A DNA stretch of 64,000 nt from Patescibacteria group bacterium UBA5738 (GCA_002419295.1 DIFW01000017.1:57099-121098), one strand, 5' to 3'. Shown: positions 49,066 to 58,738, counted from the stretch's first letter. The notes: generated by a model from the sequence alone, not told the origin. Numbers and translations: made by a program.

Positions 49066-50352
49066 TTATGCTCTCATATCTTTTATTGGGATTTTGCTTT
49101 CTTGATGTTTTTGATATTCTTCGCTTTGTCCGTATTTGGTATCCATTGATGCTCGCGTATCTTTGATGCCACCCTGTATCTTTCCTTCCATTCCGGATTG
49201 GAAACTTTTTCTTCCTCCGGAGGAAATTCCCTTGCCTATTCCTCCCGCCATTCCCTGCATGCCCTTGGTGATACCGCTACTGATTTCTCCGCTAAGCTTG
49301 GGAATCATTGCGGCGCAAAGCATTTGCACCGTCATCATATATATTGCCAGCGCGATCCAGTAGATTATTCCCGAAGTGATAAAAGAAATCGTATAGGTGC
49401 CAAACGAAAAAATTGGGGGTTCGTATTGCATTTCTTGCGGCATAATCATATAGGACGCGCTTAATCCGAGCGTAAGCAAAAACAACATCAATACTCCTCC
49501 CAATGTCCAGCTAGTAAGCCAATCAACCCATGTTTTGAAGTGATGTTGCGTTTGCGGCAAGACGCCGGCCAATATTGCCAGCGGTGCGAGAATTGCCAAA
49601 ATTTGGATAACAAAAACACGCGTTAAAAAAAACATTGCAAAAGAAAACAACAATCCGGTCAATGTGTTCATTACCATTATTTTAACGATCAAGGTTGGCA
49701 CAGTGTATATCATTAGCAAGAGTGTTCCCATTACCAATCCCAACCCGGCTAAAATATTCCATCCCAATACAACCGAAGCTACTGCGCCGCCGCTATAAAG
49801 CGCGAATAGAGACAGAGCATTTATAAAAATATCTTTGAAAAATATATCAAATACCGCGGAAAAGATGTCTCCCCCGCCGATGATAATGCTTCCCATTATT
49901 ATATTGCTTATATCAAGCAACATTCCCACAAACAACGGCGCGAAATGGATTAACAATGCGGCAACAAAAAATTTAATAAAATGTTTTTTTGCATTAATTG
50001 ACTCAACATTAAAAATCGTCCCTAGGGCAATGGTGATAAATACAACAATTAGCAAGATATCGGCTATTGTTGTGGTTATGCTTATGCCTGTTTGGACGAA
50101 TGCGCTGTCTTTGAGATTAAGCATTTCCGGGCTTTTGCTGATGGAAAAATTGAATAAAGCGCTGGCGGTTAAAAGATAGATCAATCCACTGGCAATTTGT
50201 TTAAACAAATCAAATATGTATTGTGTTACCGGCTTAACGAAATTCGAAAGCATTACCTCCATGCTTGCCGATTGGGCTACTGCCTGATCAGGGAAGTATG
50301 TTAATCCGACTATCAATAATATTACCAACAAAAATGAGAATTTTGCTTTCAT
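49066..50352 (-). CDS. Polytopic membrane protein with signal peptide and Gly-rich C-terminal tail, VirB6/TrbL-like by architecture
   Basis: 428 aa. N-terminal signal peptide (...DQAVAQSAS), about 8 TM helices, hydrophilic GxxG-rich C-terminus. Sits in the T4SS-like operon. Confidence 0.35.
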   Translation of the reverse strand: MKAKFSFLLVILLIVGLTYFPDQAVAQSASMEVMLSNFVKPVTQYIFDLFKQIASGLIYLLTASALFNFSISKSPEMLNLKDSAFVQTGISITTTIADILLIVVFITIALGTIFNVESINAKKHFIKFFVAALLIHFAPLFVGMLLDISNIIMGSIIIGGGDIFSAVFDIFFKDIFINALSLFALYSGGAVASVVLGWNILAGLGLVMGTLLLMIYTVPTLIVKIMVMNTLTGLLFSFAMFFLTRVFVIQILAILAPLAILAGVLPQTQHHFKTWVDWLTSWTLGGVLMLFLLTLGLSASYMIMPQEMQYEPPIFSFGTYTISFITSGIIYWIALAIYMMTVQMLCAAMIPKLSGEISSGITKGMQGMAGGIGKGISSGGRKSFQSGMEGKIQGGIKDTRASMDTKYGQSEEYQKHQESKIPIKDMRA

Positions 50353-50379
50353 AATTTTATCATTGTAAAAACTTGGCGA

Positions 50380-51630
50380 TTAACGGAACATTCCGCCTAT
50401 AATTCCGATGAAAGTACCGATAACATTTTGAGTTTGATTGGCGATATTTACCAAAGTGCCTTGCTTCGTTTTGTCTTTAATTCTAACTGCGGTGATATTT
50501 TCAAAATTCGTTGCGCTATAGGCATATTCTTTAAACTCTCCAGTGTTCTCGTCGGCGGTTTCTTTGATGCATTTGCCTGAATCTCTGTTTAGACAGCGGT
50601 TTATTAAGCAACCGCAAGCAAGGAAGCCGCAAGGCTCCAGTTTAGCGGTGTCAACTGTGCCGTCGGCATTTTTTTTGTAGGAAAATGCTTGGTATGATTT
50701 TGGTTGGCTCACCGGGCCTTGGGGGAAATTGATCCATCCGCCGTTGATTGCATTGTTCCCTGCCCCCTCCACTTTGTATTCATTGCCGGCAAAATTAACT
50801 TCATCATAGAAGATCACGACATCACATCCCGTTTCAGGAGCATTATAGGTGGCAATGCAGGTATAGGGATTTGGCAGGCATATTTTTTGCCAATCAGTTT
50901 TGCTGCCGTTTTCATCAAAGCCATAATTGCAACCGCAATATAAGCTTTGGCAATCGGCATTTTTACTGCAAAACTGGTAATTATCACTGGCGCCTGGTGT
51001 TATTTTGGCTTCATTCCCCGTTTCGGCGCATACGCTATCGTTGCCGCGGCAACAGCGCCAATTTTTTGGCACGCATTGTTGGTCAAAAGTACCATCGGAA
51101 TCTTTACAGCAATTTATATTATCGTTTGGCCCGGAACAACTTCGGTTGTTAATCGGGAAATTTCCCGCAAGATTTGCCGGGATTGTCGGCAAAGCGACTG
51201 CCATTTCGGTGAGATTGGGATTGATCAAGCTAAAGATTGCCCAACTGGATAATAATAATGCCAGTCCGATCGCCGCGGATTGTATTCTTTTCCTTGCTTC
51301 AGATAATTTATTTGGATCGGCAACGGAAGTGATATATTGTATGCCGGCGATAATCAGCGCGATGAATACCGCCAATCCCCCCAACCCCACTCCCCAGCCG
51401 AAAAAGTAGCCGACAAGATCCGCCAGCGCTGAATCTTCACTCAATGTATATCCTCCCAGTGGAGATGCCGGCCAATCGGTTTGCAAGGTAAAGCCAAAAT
51501 CCGGCGCTTCACATTTCGTTTCAGCTAATTCGCTGGAAAAAATTATTGTCGCGGGGAACGACAAGAGGCAAGCGATTGCAAATAGTAAAAATGCGCGTAA
51601 AATATTTTTTTTAAAAAATTTGGAATGCAT
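50380..51630 (-). CDS. VirB2/TrbC pilin-like hairpin fused to a C-terminal Cys-rich extracellular domain
   Basis: Signal peptide, LADLVGYFFGWGVGLGGLAVFIALIIAGIQYITSVADPNKLSEARKRIQSAAIGLALLLSSWAIF (pilin-like two-helix hairpin), then about 280 aa with about 22 Cys. Confidence 0.45.
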   Translation of the reverse strand: MHSKFFKKNILRAFLLFAIACLLSFPATIIFSSELAETKCEAPDFGFTLQTDWPASPLGGYTLSEDSALADLVGYFFGWGVGLGGLAVFIALIIAGIQYITSVADPNKLSEARKRIQSAAIGLALLLSSWAIFSLINPNLTEMAVALPTIPANLAGNFPINNRSCSGPNDNINCCKDSDGTFDQQCVPKNWRCCRGNDSVCAETGNEAKITPGASDNYQFCSKNADCQSLYCGCNYGFDENGSKTDWQKICLPNPYTCIATYNAPETGCDVVIFYDEVNFAGNEYKVEGAGNNAINGGWINFPQGPVSQPKSYQAFSYKKNADGTVDTAKLEPCGFLACGCLINRCLNRDSGKCIKETADENTGEFKEYAYSATNFENITAVRIKDKTKQGTLVNIANQTQNVIGTFIGIIGGMFR

Positions 51631-51631
51631 T

Positions 51632-52366
51632 TTATTTTTTGGGAAGGATTGATACTGATTCTATCATTTCGTTGATTTCTTGCACAATTGTTGCGGTGGA
51701 GCTTTGCGAGGTTATCGATATGGTGTAAATTTTGCCGGAGGGGGTGTCGAAAATGGCGTTGACTATTTTTAAATTTATCGTAATTTTTGAAGTTGGCTCA
51801 ACGATGGATTGTTCCGTTTCCACCACGGAAACGGTTTGGTCCCCTTTGACGATTTCGGAGCGGGCGATTTTGGCGGCGATATTTTTGGCGCGCAAATCGG
51901 TTTCAATTTTTTCCATCAGTTCTTCAGCGGTTTGCGCGCTTGATTCTTCCACGGTGAGGGAGTTGATCGACGGCATTATCGATTGGCTGGCGGTTTTATA
52001 GGCGGCGAATAATATCTTGCCGCCGGCGCTTTCCGCGGCTTGTTCGCCGAGATTCATCGGTATCCAATCAATCGGGTACTCAAAGGAGAAGGACTCGTCC
52101 GGGGCGGTCCATATTTTTGTTTCAACGGTCGTGGTGGCGCTGTCCGCCGGACTTTGCGCCGGATTTTGCAATTGGCCTTGTATCTGGCTCATAATGCCGT
52201 CAAGCTGTTGGCCGGCGTCGGGCACTCCTTGCATCAATTCTTGCGGCAAATTAAGTTGCAGATTTTTGATATTGCCCTGAAATTGGTTGAACTGCCACAT
52301 CGTGGAGCCGGCCAGAAACGCAATCATTACAAACACGCCGATTAAATATAGATTCACCAATTTCAT
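51632..52366 (-). CDS. N-terminally anchored hypothetical protein (possible VirB8-like periplasmic component)
   Basis: 244 aa. One N-terminal TM helix, a Q-rich linker and a soluble domain. No diagnostic motif. The VirB8 assignment is only positional. Confidence 0.3.
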   Translation of the reverse strand: MKLVNLYLIGVFVMIAFLAGSTMWQFNQFQGNIKNLQLNLPQELMQGVPDAGQQLDGIMSQIQGQLQNPAQSPADSATTTVETKIWTAPDESFSFEYPIDWIPMNLGEQAAESAGGKILFAAYKTASQSIMPSINSLTVEESSAQTAEELMEKIETDLRAKNIAAKIARSEIVKGDQTVSVVETEQSIVEPTSKITINLKIVNAIFDTPSGKIYTISITSQSSTATIVQEINEMIESVSILPKK

Positions 52367-52375
52367 AATATCGAA

Positions 52376-54955
52376 TTATATGTTCCACCACACTCCCGCG
52401 TATCCGAACAATGAGGTGAATATTCCCACGATTGTCCAGGCGAAAAACAATATGAAATAGCCGATGCCGATCAGTTTCCACCATGAAATGACTTTTTGCT
52501 TGATTTCGGGAGTGCCAAAGCTGGTATAGAACAAGCCGCCGGTGGCCAGCCCCAGCAAAGGCAGAAGAATAAACGCCGCGCGGAACAGAATCATATTCAA
52601 AATTTGCATTATTACCAGCAGAAAATGCTTGGCGCCGCAAGCTTCGCGGTCGTCCCATTCGGTGTTGGGATTGTCATTGGTGAGGCCGCAGACCGCCAAA
52701 ACCATTTGCCCTTTTTCTATTTCTTTGCCGCCGGCGGCAAAATCAAACGACCATGTTGCCGGCGCCGCGCCCGTATCCGTGCATTTTTCGTCCAGACAAG
52801 CTAAAACCGACCACTCATATTTTCCCAGACAATAGAGCTGGCGGATGTCCTTGTTGATCGTCGTTGAGTTTTCGTTGACGATTTTTTCCACTTTTTGTCC
52901 GGGAGCGCAATCTTTGTTGGTTTCTTTGTCGGATTTTTCGGCATAATTCAGATTTAGTTTGTAATAATGCGCGCCGGCGACCGGTTCCCATGAAAAGCTG
53001 TAGATCAGCTGGCTGTTATTGATTGTTTCTTGCGGGTTAATCGGTCCTTCTGACGCGCCCAAGGCCGCGGTGGAAAAAGTGAATTTGGGCGAAGGCGCGC
53101 CACAAAGCTGGCCGTTTTCGTCGGCGCAAGTTTGCACGCTCCATTCATAAGATTGGCTTTGGTTGACGGCTGGATAGTCCGCGGCGTAATTATTGTTTTG
53201 CGAGACAATTTTCTGGCCGTTGAAATCCAAAACATAAGATTTGGCGCCGGCAACCGCTTCCCAATGCAAATCAACCGGCATTGCCAAATCGGAAGTGTTG
53301 TCCGCGGGGGATAAAGTTTCGGTTTTCGGCGCGCGGCCGGTGGTGCGGAAATACCACCATTGAGACCACGGCTCGTCGCACACATTGCCCACCGGAATCG
53401 ACGGCCAGCAAGATTTCACGCGCCATTTGTAGGCAGTGTCCAATTCCAGTTCAATCCCCTGCGCGTCGCTGTTGTTGTCGGCGGCGTTTGCTTTGGAAAA
53501 AATAATTTGTGATTTTGTGGTGCGCCGCTCTCCGTCTACCAATGATTGGCCGGTGTCGCCGGAAATTTTTTGAATATCATAAGCAAAAGAATTGGCGCCG
53601 TTGGGAGCTTGCCATAAAAGCTTTCCCGGCAGTTCGGCGAGTTTGGCGGTTTGCGCATTGGCATAATCGCCGTCATTGGCGGGCGAAAGCGCCTTCGGTG
53701 CTTCAACAATTTCATTTTTTGCGGTAAATTTCCAAAGCTGGCCCCAATATTTGTCTGATGATGAGCCGCAATATTCATCGCCGGCATTGGTGTTGTTGAA
53801 ACACCGCCGCAACTGCCAATAGTAGGTAATGTTTTTGGTGAACAGCGCCCGATCTTGACTGGACATTTCTTTATGCGACCACCAATTGCGCCCGACTGTC
53901 TCTTGCGCCGGGTTAATGACATCGGGCTTGCAGGTGTTATCGGTTTGCTTTTGAAGATAATGGCAAGCCATGGGATTTTGCAATGCCGGCACATCTTTTT
54001 TTAACCATGCGGCCAATTGAGAAAATCCTTGCGGGATTTGCGCGCCGGTCAATACCAGATGATTTTCGTTGGTATAAACACGCAACTGGTATGATAGCGC
54101 CGCGATCATATTATTGTTGTAGGCCATTTTTTCCGATGAAACTTTGGCCGAACACCAATCAAGCTTCAACCCATCATAGGAGATGCCGGTTTTTCCGTCC
54201 GGACCGTTCCAATCCGGGTCGCCGATGTTGATGGGTTCGGGAGCCGGGCTGGTTTTAAATGTCCACCATGGCGCTTTGTCTTCGGGCAGGCAATTGGAAC
54301 CGTCTTCGTTGCAACAAGGGCGTATGCGCCACTTGATTACCGTGTCGGAGTTATAGAAACAGGGGTAAAATTTTTCCGTCGCGTTAAATTCGTTGGTAGT
54401 CAAAATCTGGCGGAAAATACCGCCGGCGCTTTGAGAGTCGTTTAATTCCAAATTCTTGTTTTCTATTTCTAAAATATACGAATGGGCGCCGAATAATTTG
54501 GAAGTCGTCGCTTTTTTATTTCCCAATTTTTCTTGAAAATTCCAAATATATTCTCCGTCTTCGTTTTGCCACCCGTCGATATTGTCCCATGCCAAAACCA
54601 CGGGCAAGGTGATTTCATTTTCGTTGGTTTGCCTGGTTTTATTCACCGGATCGTTATAATAGTAATGGTTTTTGGGCATGGTCAAGCATTCGTTGACGCA
54701 AGCGCAAGCGCCCATATCAATATTGTCGTTAATTTTCAGTTGCCCTCCCTTTTGCCACGATTTGCAAACGGTTTCGCCGGATTTCGTGCCGCTAAAAGAC
54801 GCGCCGCATTCTTCCGGGATGTCAAAATAATCGGTTTCACCGATATCGGTTGCGGAACACAATAACGGCGCGATTGTTGCGGCCAAAAAAAATAAAATAT
54901 GCGGGAAAAATGATTTTAAAATTTTAGAAATCATGCCGATTTTTTGATTTATCAT
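52376..54955 (-). CDS. Giant secreted Cys/Trp-rich repeat protein with C-terminal VirB2-pilin-like membrane hairpin (paralog A)
   Basis: 859 aa. Signal peptide. Repeated modules (YKWRVKSCWPSIPVGNVCDEPWSQWWYFRTTGRAPK, YEWSVQTCADENGQLCG, WTFKTSPAPEP). C-terminus FRAAFILLPLLGLATGG...IGIGYFILFFAWTIVGIF. Confidence 0.5.
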   Translation of the reverse strand: MINQKIGMISKILKSFFPHILFFLAATIAPLLCSATDIGETDYFDIPEECGASFSGTKSGETVCKSWQKGGQLKINDNIDMGACACVNECLTMPKNHYYYNDPVNKTRQTNENEITLPVVLAWDNIDGWQNEDGEYIWNFQEKLGNKKATTSKLFGAHSYILEIENKNLELNDSQSAGGIFRQILTTNEFNATEKFYPCFYNSDTVIKWRIRPCCNEDGSNCLPEDKAPWWTFKTSPAPEPINIGDPDWNGPDGKTGISYDGLKLDWCSAKVSSEKMAYNNNMIAALSYQLRVYTNENHLVLTGAQIPQGFSQLAAWLKKDVPALQNPMACHYLQKQTDNTCKPDVINPAQETVGRNWWSHKEMSSQDRALFTKNITYYWQLRRCFNNTNAGDEYCGSSSDKYWGQLWKFTAKNEIVEAPKALSPANDGDYANAQTAKLAELPGKLLWQAPNGANSFAYDIQKISGDTGQSLVDGERRTTKSQIIFSKANAADNNSDAQGIELELDTAYKWRVKSCWPSIPVGNVCDEPWSQWWYFRTTGRAPKTETLSPADNTSDLAMPVDLHWEAVAGAKSYVLDFNGQKIVSQNNNYAADYPAVNQSQSYEWSVQTCADENGQLCGAPSPKFTFSTAALGASEGPINPQETINNSQLIYSFSWEPVAGAHYYKLNLNYAEKSDKETNKDCAPGQKVEKIVNENSTTINKDIRQLYCLGKYEWSVLACLDEKCTDTGAAPATWSFDFAAGGKEIEKGQMVLAVCGLTNDNPNTEWDDREACGAKHFLLVIMQILNMILFRAAFILLPLLGLATGGLFYTSFGTPEIKQKVISWWKLIGIGYFILFFAWTIVGIFTSLFGYAGVWWNI

Positions 54956-54978
54956 TTATCATTTATCATTATACACCT

Positions 54979-57930
54979 TCAAAGGATTTGGTTCCATAAT
55001 TCTTTATAGCCGACCAAATTCATCAAAACGGAAACAATGATCCACGCGAAAAACAAAATGCCATAGCCGATGCCGATTTTTTTCCAGCCGTCTTTTATTG
55101 TCGGAATAAGATTGGCCTTATCATGCGACAAATAGAACATTCCGCCGGTGATCATCGCCATTACCGGTAAAAGTATGAATGCCAGCTTGAACACCACAAA
55201 GTCAATGATTACTTTGGTTCCCAGAACCAGATGTTTGATTTCGCAAGGTTCTTTCTCGTTGTATTGGGTGTTTGGATCGTCCGCTGCCAATCCGCAGACC
55301 ATCAGTCCGGAACTCTGCCCTTTGTTGGCGATGGAAAAAAATTGTTCGGCGTAAACATATCCTTTTGAGGCGCATTTATCATCAAAGCACGGTTGCACCA
55401 CAAACGAATAATTACCGGCGCAGTATGGCGATCCGTTTTTATCCGCCGTTCTGATTGCCATACTGGTCGCGGAAACTATTTTTTCTTTGTATTCGTTGTT
55501 AAACCAATCCGGATCGCAGCTGGTGCTCTTCTCTCCGCTTTCAACTTTCGCGGTTACCAGAAAATATTTGGCGTTACTGCTCCATGTCAAACCGGAAGGT
55601 ATCCGCGAGATGTCTCCCGAAGGAGACAAGTTGGTTGGCTTAGTAAAATCTTTTGTGAGATATGTTCCAAAATTGCTCCACGGACCGCAAACGGTTCCGT
55701 TCTTGTCGGCACAAGTCTGCACCTGCCAGCGATAAGTTTCTTTTGCTACTTTATAATTGAAGGTATAGGAATTGGTTGGTTGAGGATTCGGATTTTCGAT
55801 GCCGACTTCTTTTCCGGCCGCGTTGAAAATCCTGACATTAAAAGATCCGTTCGCCGGCACGCTTTCCCATATGAAGGTCGCACTGGGCGCGTCGTCATTG
55901 GCGATTTGCAGAGAATCGTTTTTTGGCGGCCGTCCGGTAGTGATAAAATTTTGCCACTCCGACCATTTGCCGCCGCAAATTTCGTTGATATTGCCCACCG
56001 GGATTGACGGCCAGCAGGATTTCACGCGCCATTTGTATTTGGTGTTGATCTTTAATTCCACGGATTCGGGATTTTTCCCCTGCGTTGGGGCCTTGTCGGT
56101 GATGGCGATTGTAATTTGAGCTTTATTAAACCTTCGCCCTGCGTCATTTTTGTAGCTTTCTTGGCAATCCCCCGTTCTAAAAATACTTTCTCCGTTTTCG
56201 TCTTGAATGTCGTATAAAAAAGAGTTTGCGCCGCAGGGAGCGGTCCAGTTGAAAGTATTGTTCAATCCGATCAGATTGTTGTCATCGCCCCAGTTTTCAT
56301 TTTTCGCCGGGCTGATCGGCGCCGGCGGTTTCAATGTGCTCGAATCCATTGCTTTGCCGATTAATTGCCATTTTTGCCCGAAGTCTTCGTCAATGTTGCT
56401 GTCGCAGTGAGGGAAGCTGCTGTCTTCGGCGCCGCCGCTAACATTGAAACAGGGTTTGATTTGCCAGGAATACTTCAAATCGGCGCCTTTACTGCCGGTA
56501 AAAAGATTGCGATCTTGGCTGGTATTTTCCGCCGCGGAAAAAAAAGGCTTGAAAGTCGCGTCACTTATCAATTGATCCGTATAGGGGGAAAAAGAAAGAG
56601 ACTCCGGTTTCGCGCAACTTCCGTCGCTGTTTCTTTGCAAGTAATGGCAAGCTTCGGATTCGTGCTCCCCGACGGCCACTTCGCTTTTCGCGGCCTTTTC
56701 TATGCCGGATTCCATCCATTTATCGCATTCGCTGGCGCCGCCGCTCCACGCGTTTTTCCAGCCATCCCAGCGGGATTTAATGCCGCTGACAACGCCGCTG
56801 TTTTTTATCCATCCGAGAATGCCGCCTAAAACGGGGATATTCTCAATTTTTTCGATCAGTGCTCCCAGAGAAGTGTTTTCGCTGGACATTACGCGCATTT
56901 GGTAATTGGCCGCGTAGTCAATCTGGCTGTCGTTATAGACTTTATCAAAACGATTGTAGGTGTTCGGAACGGATTTTACGAGTTTGGCTTTGCACCAATA
57001 TAGCTTGGCACTGCAAAAATCCACGCCTTCAAGGGCGCCCGGTCCGTTCCAATCCGGGTCTTGGGCGATTTTATTGTTGCCGGCATATGCCTCTGAATCG
57101 TTGACACCTAAGAGTTCGGGGGCCGGAGAAGTGGAAAATTCCCACCAACCCTCGTTATCGCCGTATGTTTTACATTGCAATCCGGACCTGTCGCAACAAG
57201 GCAAAACTCGCCAGCGGTACTTTGAGTTGGTTTGAAAAAAACACGCTCCGCCGTCATCGCGCGAATTGAAGCCGTTTTTTTGCAGAACCTTGGCATAGGC
57301 TTCTTTTCCGCCGATATTTTCAATCGCGTATCCTCCGGCTTCGGCGAGATTTAAACCTTTTATTCCGTCCGGGGCGCCGGCATCATCCATGCTCTGGATT
57401 TGGACGCGGTAGCTCCGCGCGCCGTAATCAACGGTTGGCGCTCCCGTACCGATCACGAATTTCCCCTCGTTTTGCCATTCCGGGATATTATCCCATGCCA
57501 AGATGATGGGCAAGCTGATGACATCGGGCGTGTTTTGGTAAAGCTTGCCGCCTTCAATTTTTTTTGTCTCTTCGTCGTATTGCGCGTTATTATCGTAATA
57601 TTGCGGATTTTTTGGCGATTCAAGGCATTCTTTTTCACATTTGCAGAGTCCGTAATCGTTGCGCCCGGCTTGCGCGATTTGCCAGCTTGAGCATTTTCTT
57701 GTGCGCCTATCGTTGTCGCAACATGAAGGATTTCCATCTTTCTCGCAGGGAGAAGTGTAATGTTCCCATACTTCTCCGCTTCCGACATCAAAACCGTTGC
57801 ATGTTTTGGGAATATCTTCGTAATAATATTTATGGCCGCAGGCATTCGCTTCAAGCGGAGCCGAAAAGCAAAACAACACTGTTGCCGTTGTGGCGAAAAA
57901 AGAAAAGATTTTAAAATAATTTTCTGCCAT
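54979..57930 (-). CDS. Giant secreted Cys/Trp-rich repeat protein with C-terminal VirB2-pilin-like membrane hairpin (paralog B)
   Basis: About 983 aa from MAENYF. The same repeat family (YKWRVKSCWPSIPVGNINEICGGKWSEWQNFITTGRPPK, YRWQVQTCADKNGTVCG, WEFSTSPAPE). C-terminus KLAFILLPVMAMITGG...IGIGYGILFFAWIIVSV. Confidence 0.5.
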   Translation of the reverse strand: MAENYFKIFSFFATTATVLFCFSAPLEANACGHKYYYEDIPKTCNGFDVGSGEVWEHYTSPCEKDGNPSCCDNDRRTRKCSSWQIAQAGRNDYGLCKCEKECLESPKNPQYYDNNAQYDEETKKIEGGKLYQNTPDVISLPIILAWDNIPEWQNEGKFVIGTGAPTVDYGARSYRVQIQSMDDAGAPDGIKGLNLAEAGGYAIENIGGKEAYAKVLQKNGFNSRDDGGACFFQTNSKYRWRVLPCCDRSGLQCKTYGDNEGWWEFSTSPAPELLGVNDSEAYAGNNKIAQDPDWNGPGALEGVDFCSAKLYWCKAKLVKSVPNTYNRFDKVYNDSQIDYAANYQMRVMSSENTSLGALIEKIENIPVLGGILGWIKNSGVVSGIKSRWDGWKNAWSGGASECDKWMESGIEKAAKSEVAVGEHESEACHYLQRNSDGSCAKPESLSFSPYTDQLISDATFKPFFSAAENTSQDRNLFTGSKGADLKYSWQIKPCFNVSGGAEDSSFPHCDSNIDEDFGQKWQLIGKAMDSSTLKPPAPISPAKNENWGDDNNLIGLNNTFNWTAPCGANSFLYDIQDENGESIFRTGDCQESYKNDAGRRFNKAQITIAITDKAPTQGKNPESVELKINTKYKWRVKSCWPSIPVGNINEICGGKWSEWQNFITTGRPPKNDSLQIANDDAPSATFIWESVPANGSFNVRIFNAAGKEVGIENPNPQPTNSYTFNYKVAKETYRWQVQTCADKNGTVCGPWSNFGTYLTKDFTKPTNLSPSGDISRIPSGLTWSSNAKYFLVTAKVESGEKSTSCDPDWFNNEYKEKIVSATSMAIRTADKNGSPYCAGNYSFVVQPCFDDKCASKGYVYAEQFFSIANKGQSSGLMVCGLAADDPNTQYNEKEPCEIKHLVLGTKVIIDFVVFKLAFILLPVMAMITGGMFYLSHDKANLIPTIKDGWKKIGIGYGILFFAWIIVSVLMNLVGYKELWNQIL

Positions 57931-57937
57931 TAGACCA

Positions 57938-58738
57938 TTATAATTCAAAAACGCGGGCAAGGGCAATCCAGTCCTGCGGCGATAAATTTTCCGGCCGGCA
58001 ATTTTGGGGGATGCCGGAGTTCGCCATTGCCGCCTTTATTTTTTCGCGGGGCAGATTCGCGATTTGGACGAGATTGCTTGCCAAAAGTTTTCGCGGATGC
58101 GAAAATCCGGCTTTTAAAATTCTAAAAAATTTTTCCGAGAATTTTTTATCGGCGCGCTCCCCTTCTTTTGCGCGGGGAACAAGAAGCAAGATCGCGGCAT
58201 CAACTTTCGGCACGGGCCAAAAAGATCCCTTGGAAACATAGCTGATAATTTTGGGAATGGCGTAAAATTGCACGGCGGTTGCCAAAATGTTCGCTTTTGG
58301 CGCTTGCGCGCAAATTCTTTGCGCCACTTCTTTTTGGATGATCAAAGACATTAACGCCGGCGGATTTCGGCTTTCCAAGAATTTGCGGATGATCGGCGCG
58401 GCGGCATAGAACGGCAGGTTGGCGACGATCTTGTAGGGCGCGGCGATTTTTAATTCGTCGAATTTGAGCGCGTCGGCGAGAAACAATGTGAAATTGTCCG
58501 CTTTGTTGAATTTTTCGCGCAAAACATCCGCCATTCGGCGGTCTTTTTCCGCGGCGATCACGGGACGGCCGGTTTTTATCAATTCCGCGGTGAGATTGCC
58601 GGTGCCCGGTCCGATTTCCAAAACAGTTTCGCCCGATTTAATTTCCGCCGCGCCGATTAATTTTTTTATGATTCCCGTTTCGGACAAAAAATTCTGCCCC
58701 AGCCGTTTTTCCGGCCTGATTTTCAATTTATCGTTCAT
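57938..58738 (-). CDS. rsmA: 16S rRNA (adenine1518/1519-N6)-dimethyltransferase
   Basis: RLGQNFLSETGIIKKLI...VLEIGPGTGNLTAEL is the canonical KsgA SAM-binding region. Confidence 0.85.
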   Translation of the reverse strand: MNDKLKIRPEKRLGQNFLSETGIIKKLIGAAEIKSGETVLEIGPGTGNLTAELIKTGRPVIAAEKDRRMADVLREKFNKADNFTLFLADALKFDELKIAAPYKIVANLPFYAAAPIIRKFLESRNPPALMSLIIQKEVAQRICAQAPKANILATAVQFYAIPKIISYVSKGSFWPVPKVDAAILLLVPRAKEGERADKKFSEKFFRILKAGFSHPRKLLASNLVQIANLPREKIKAAMANSGIPQNCRPENLSPQDWIALARVFEL

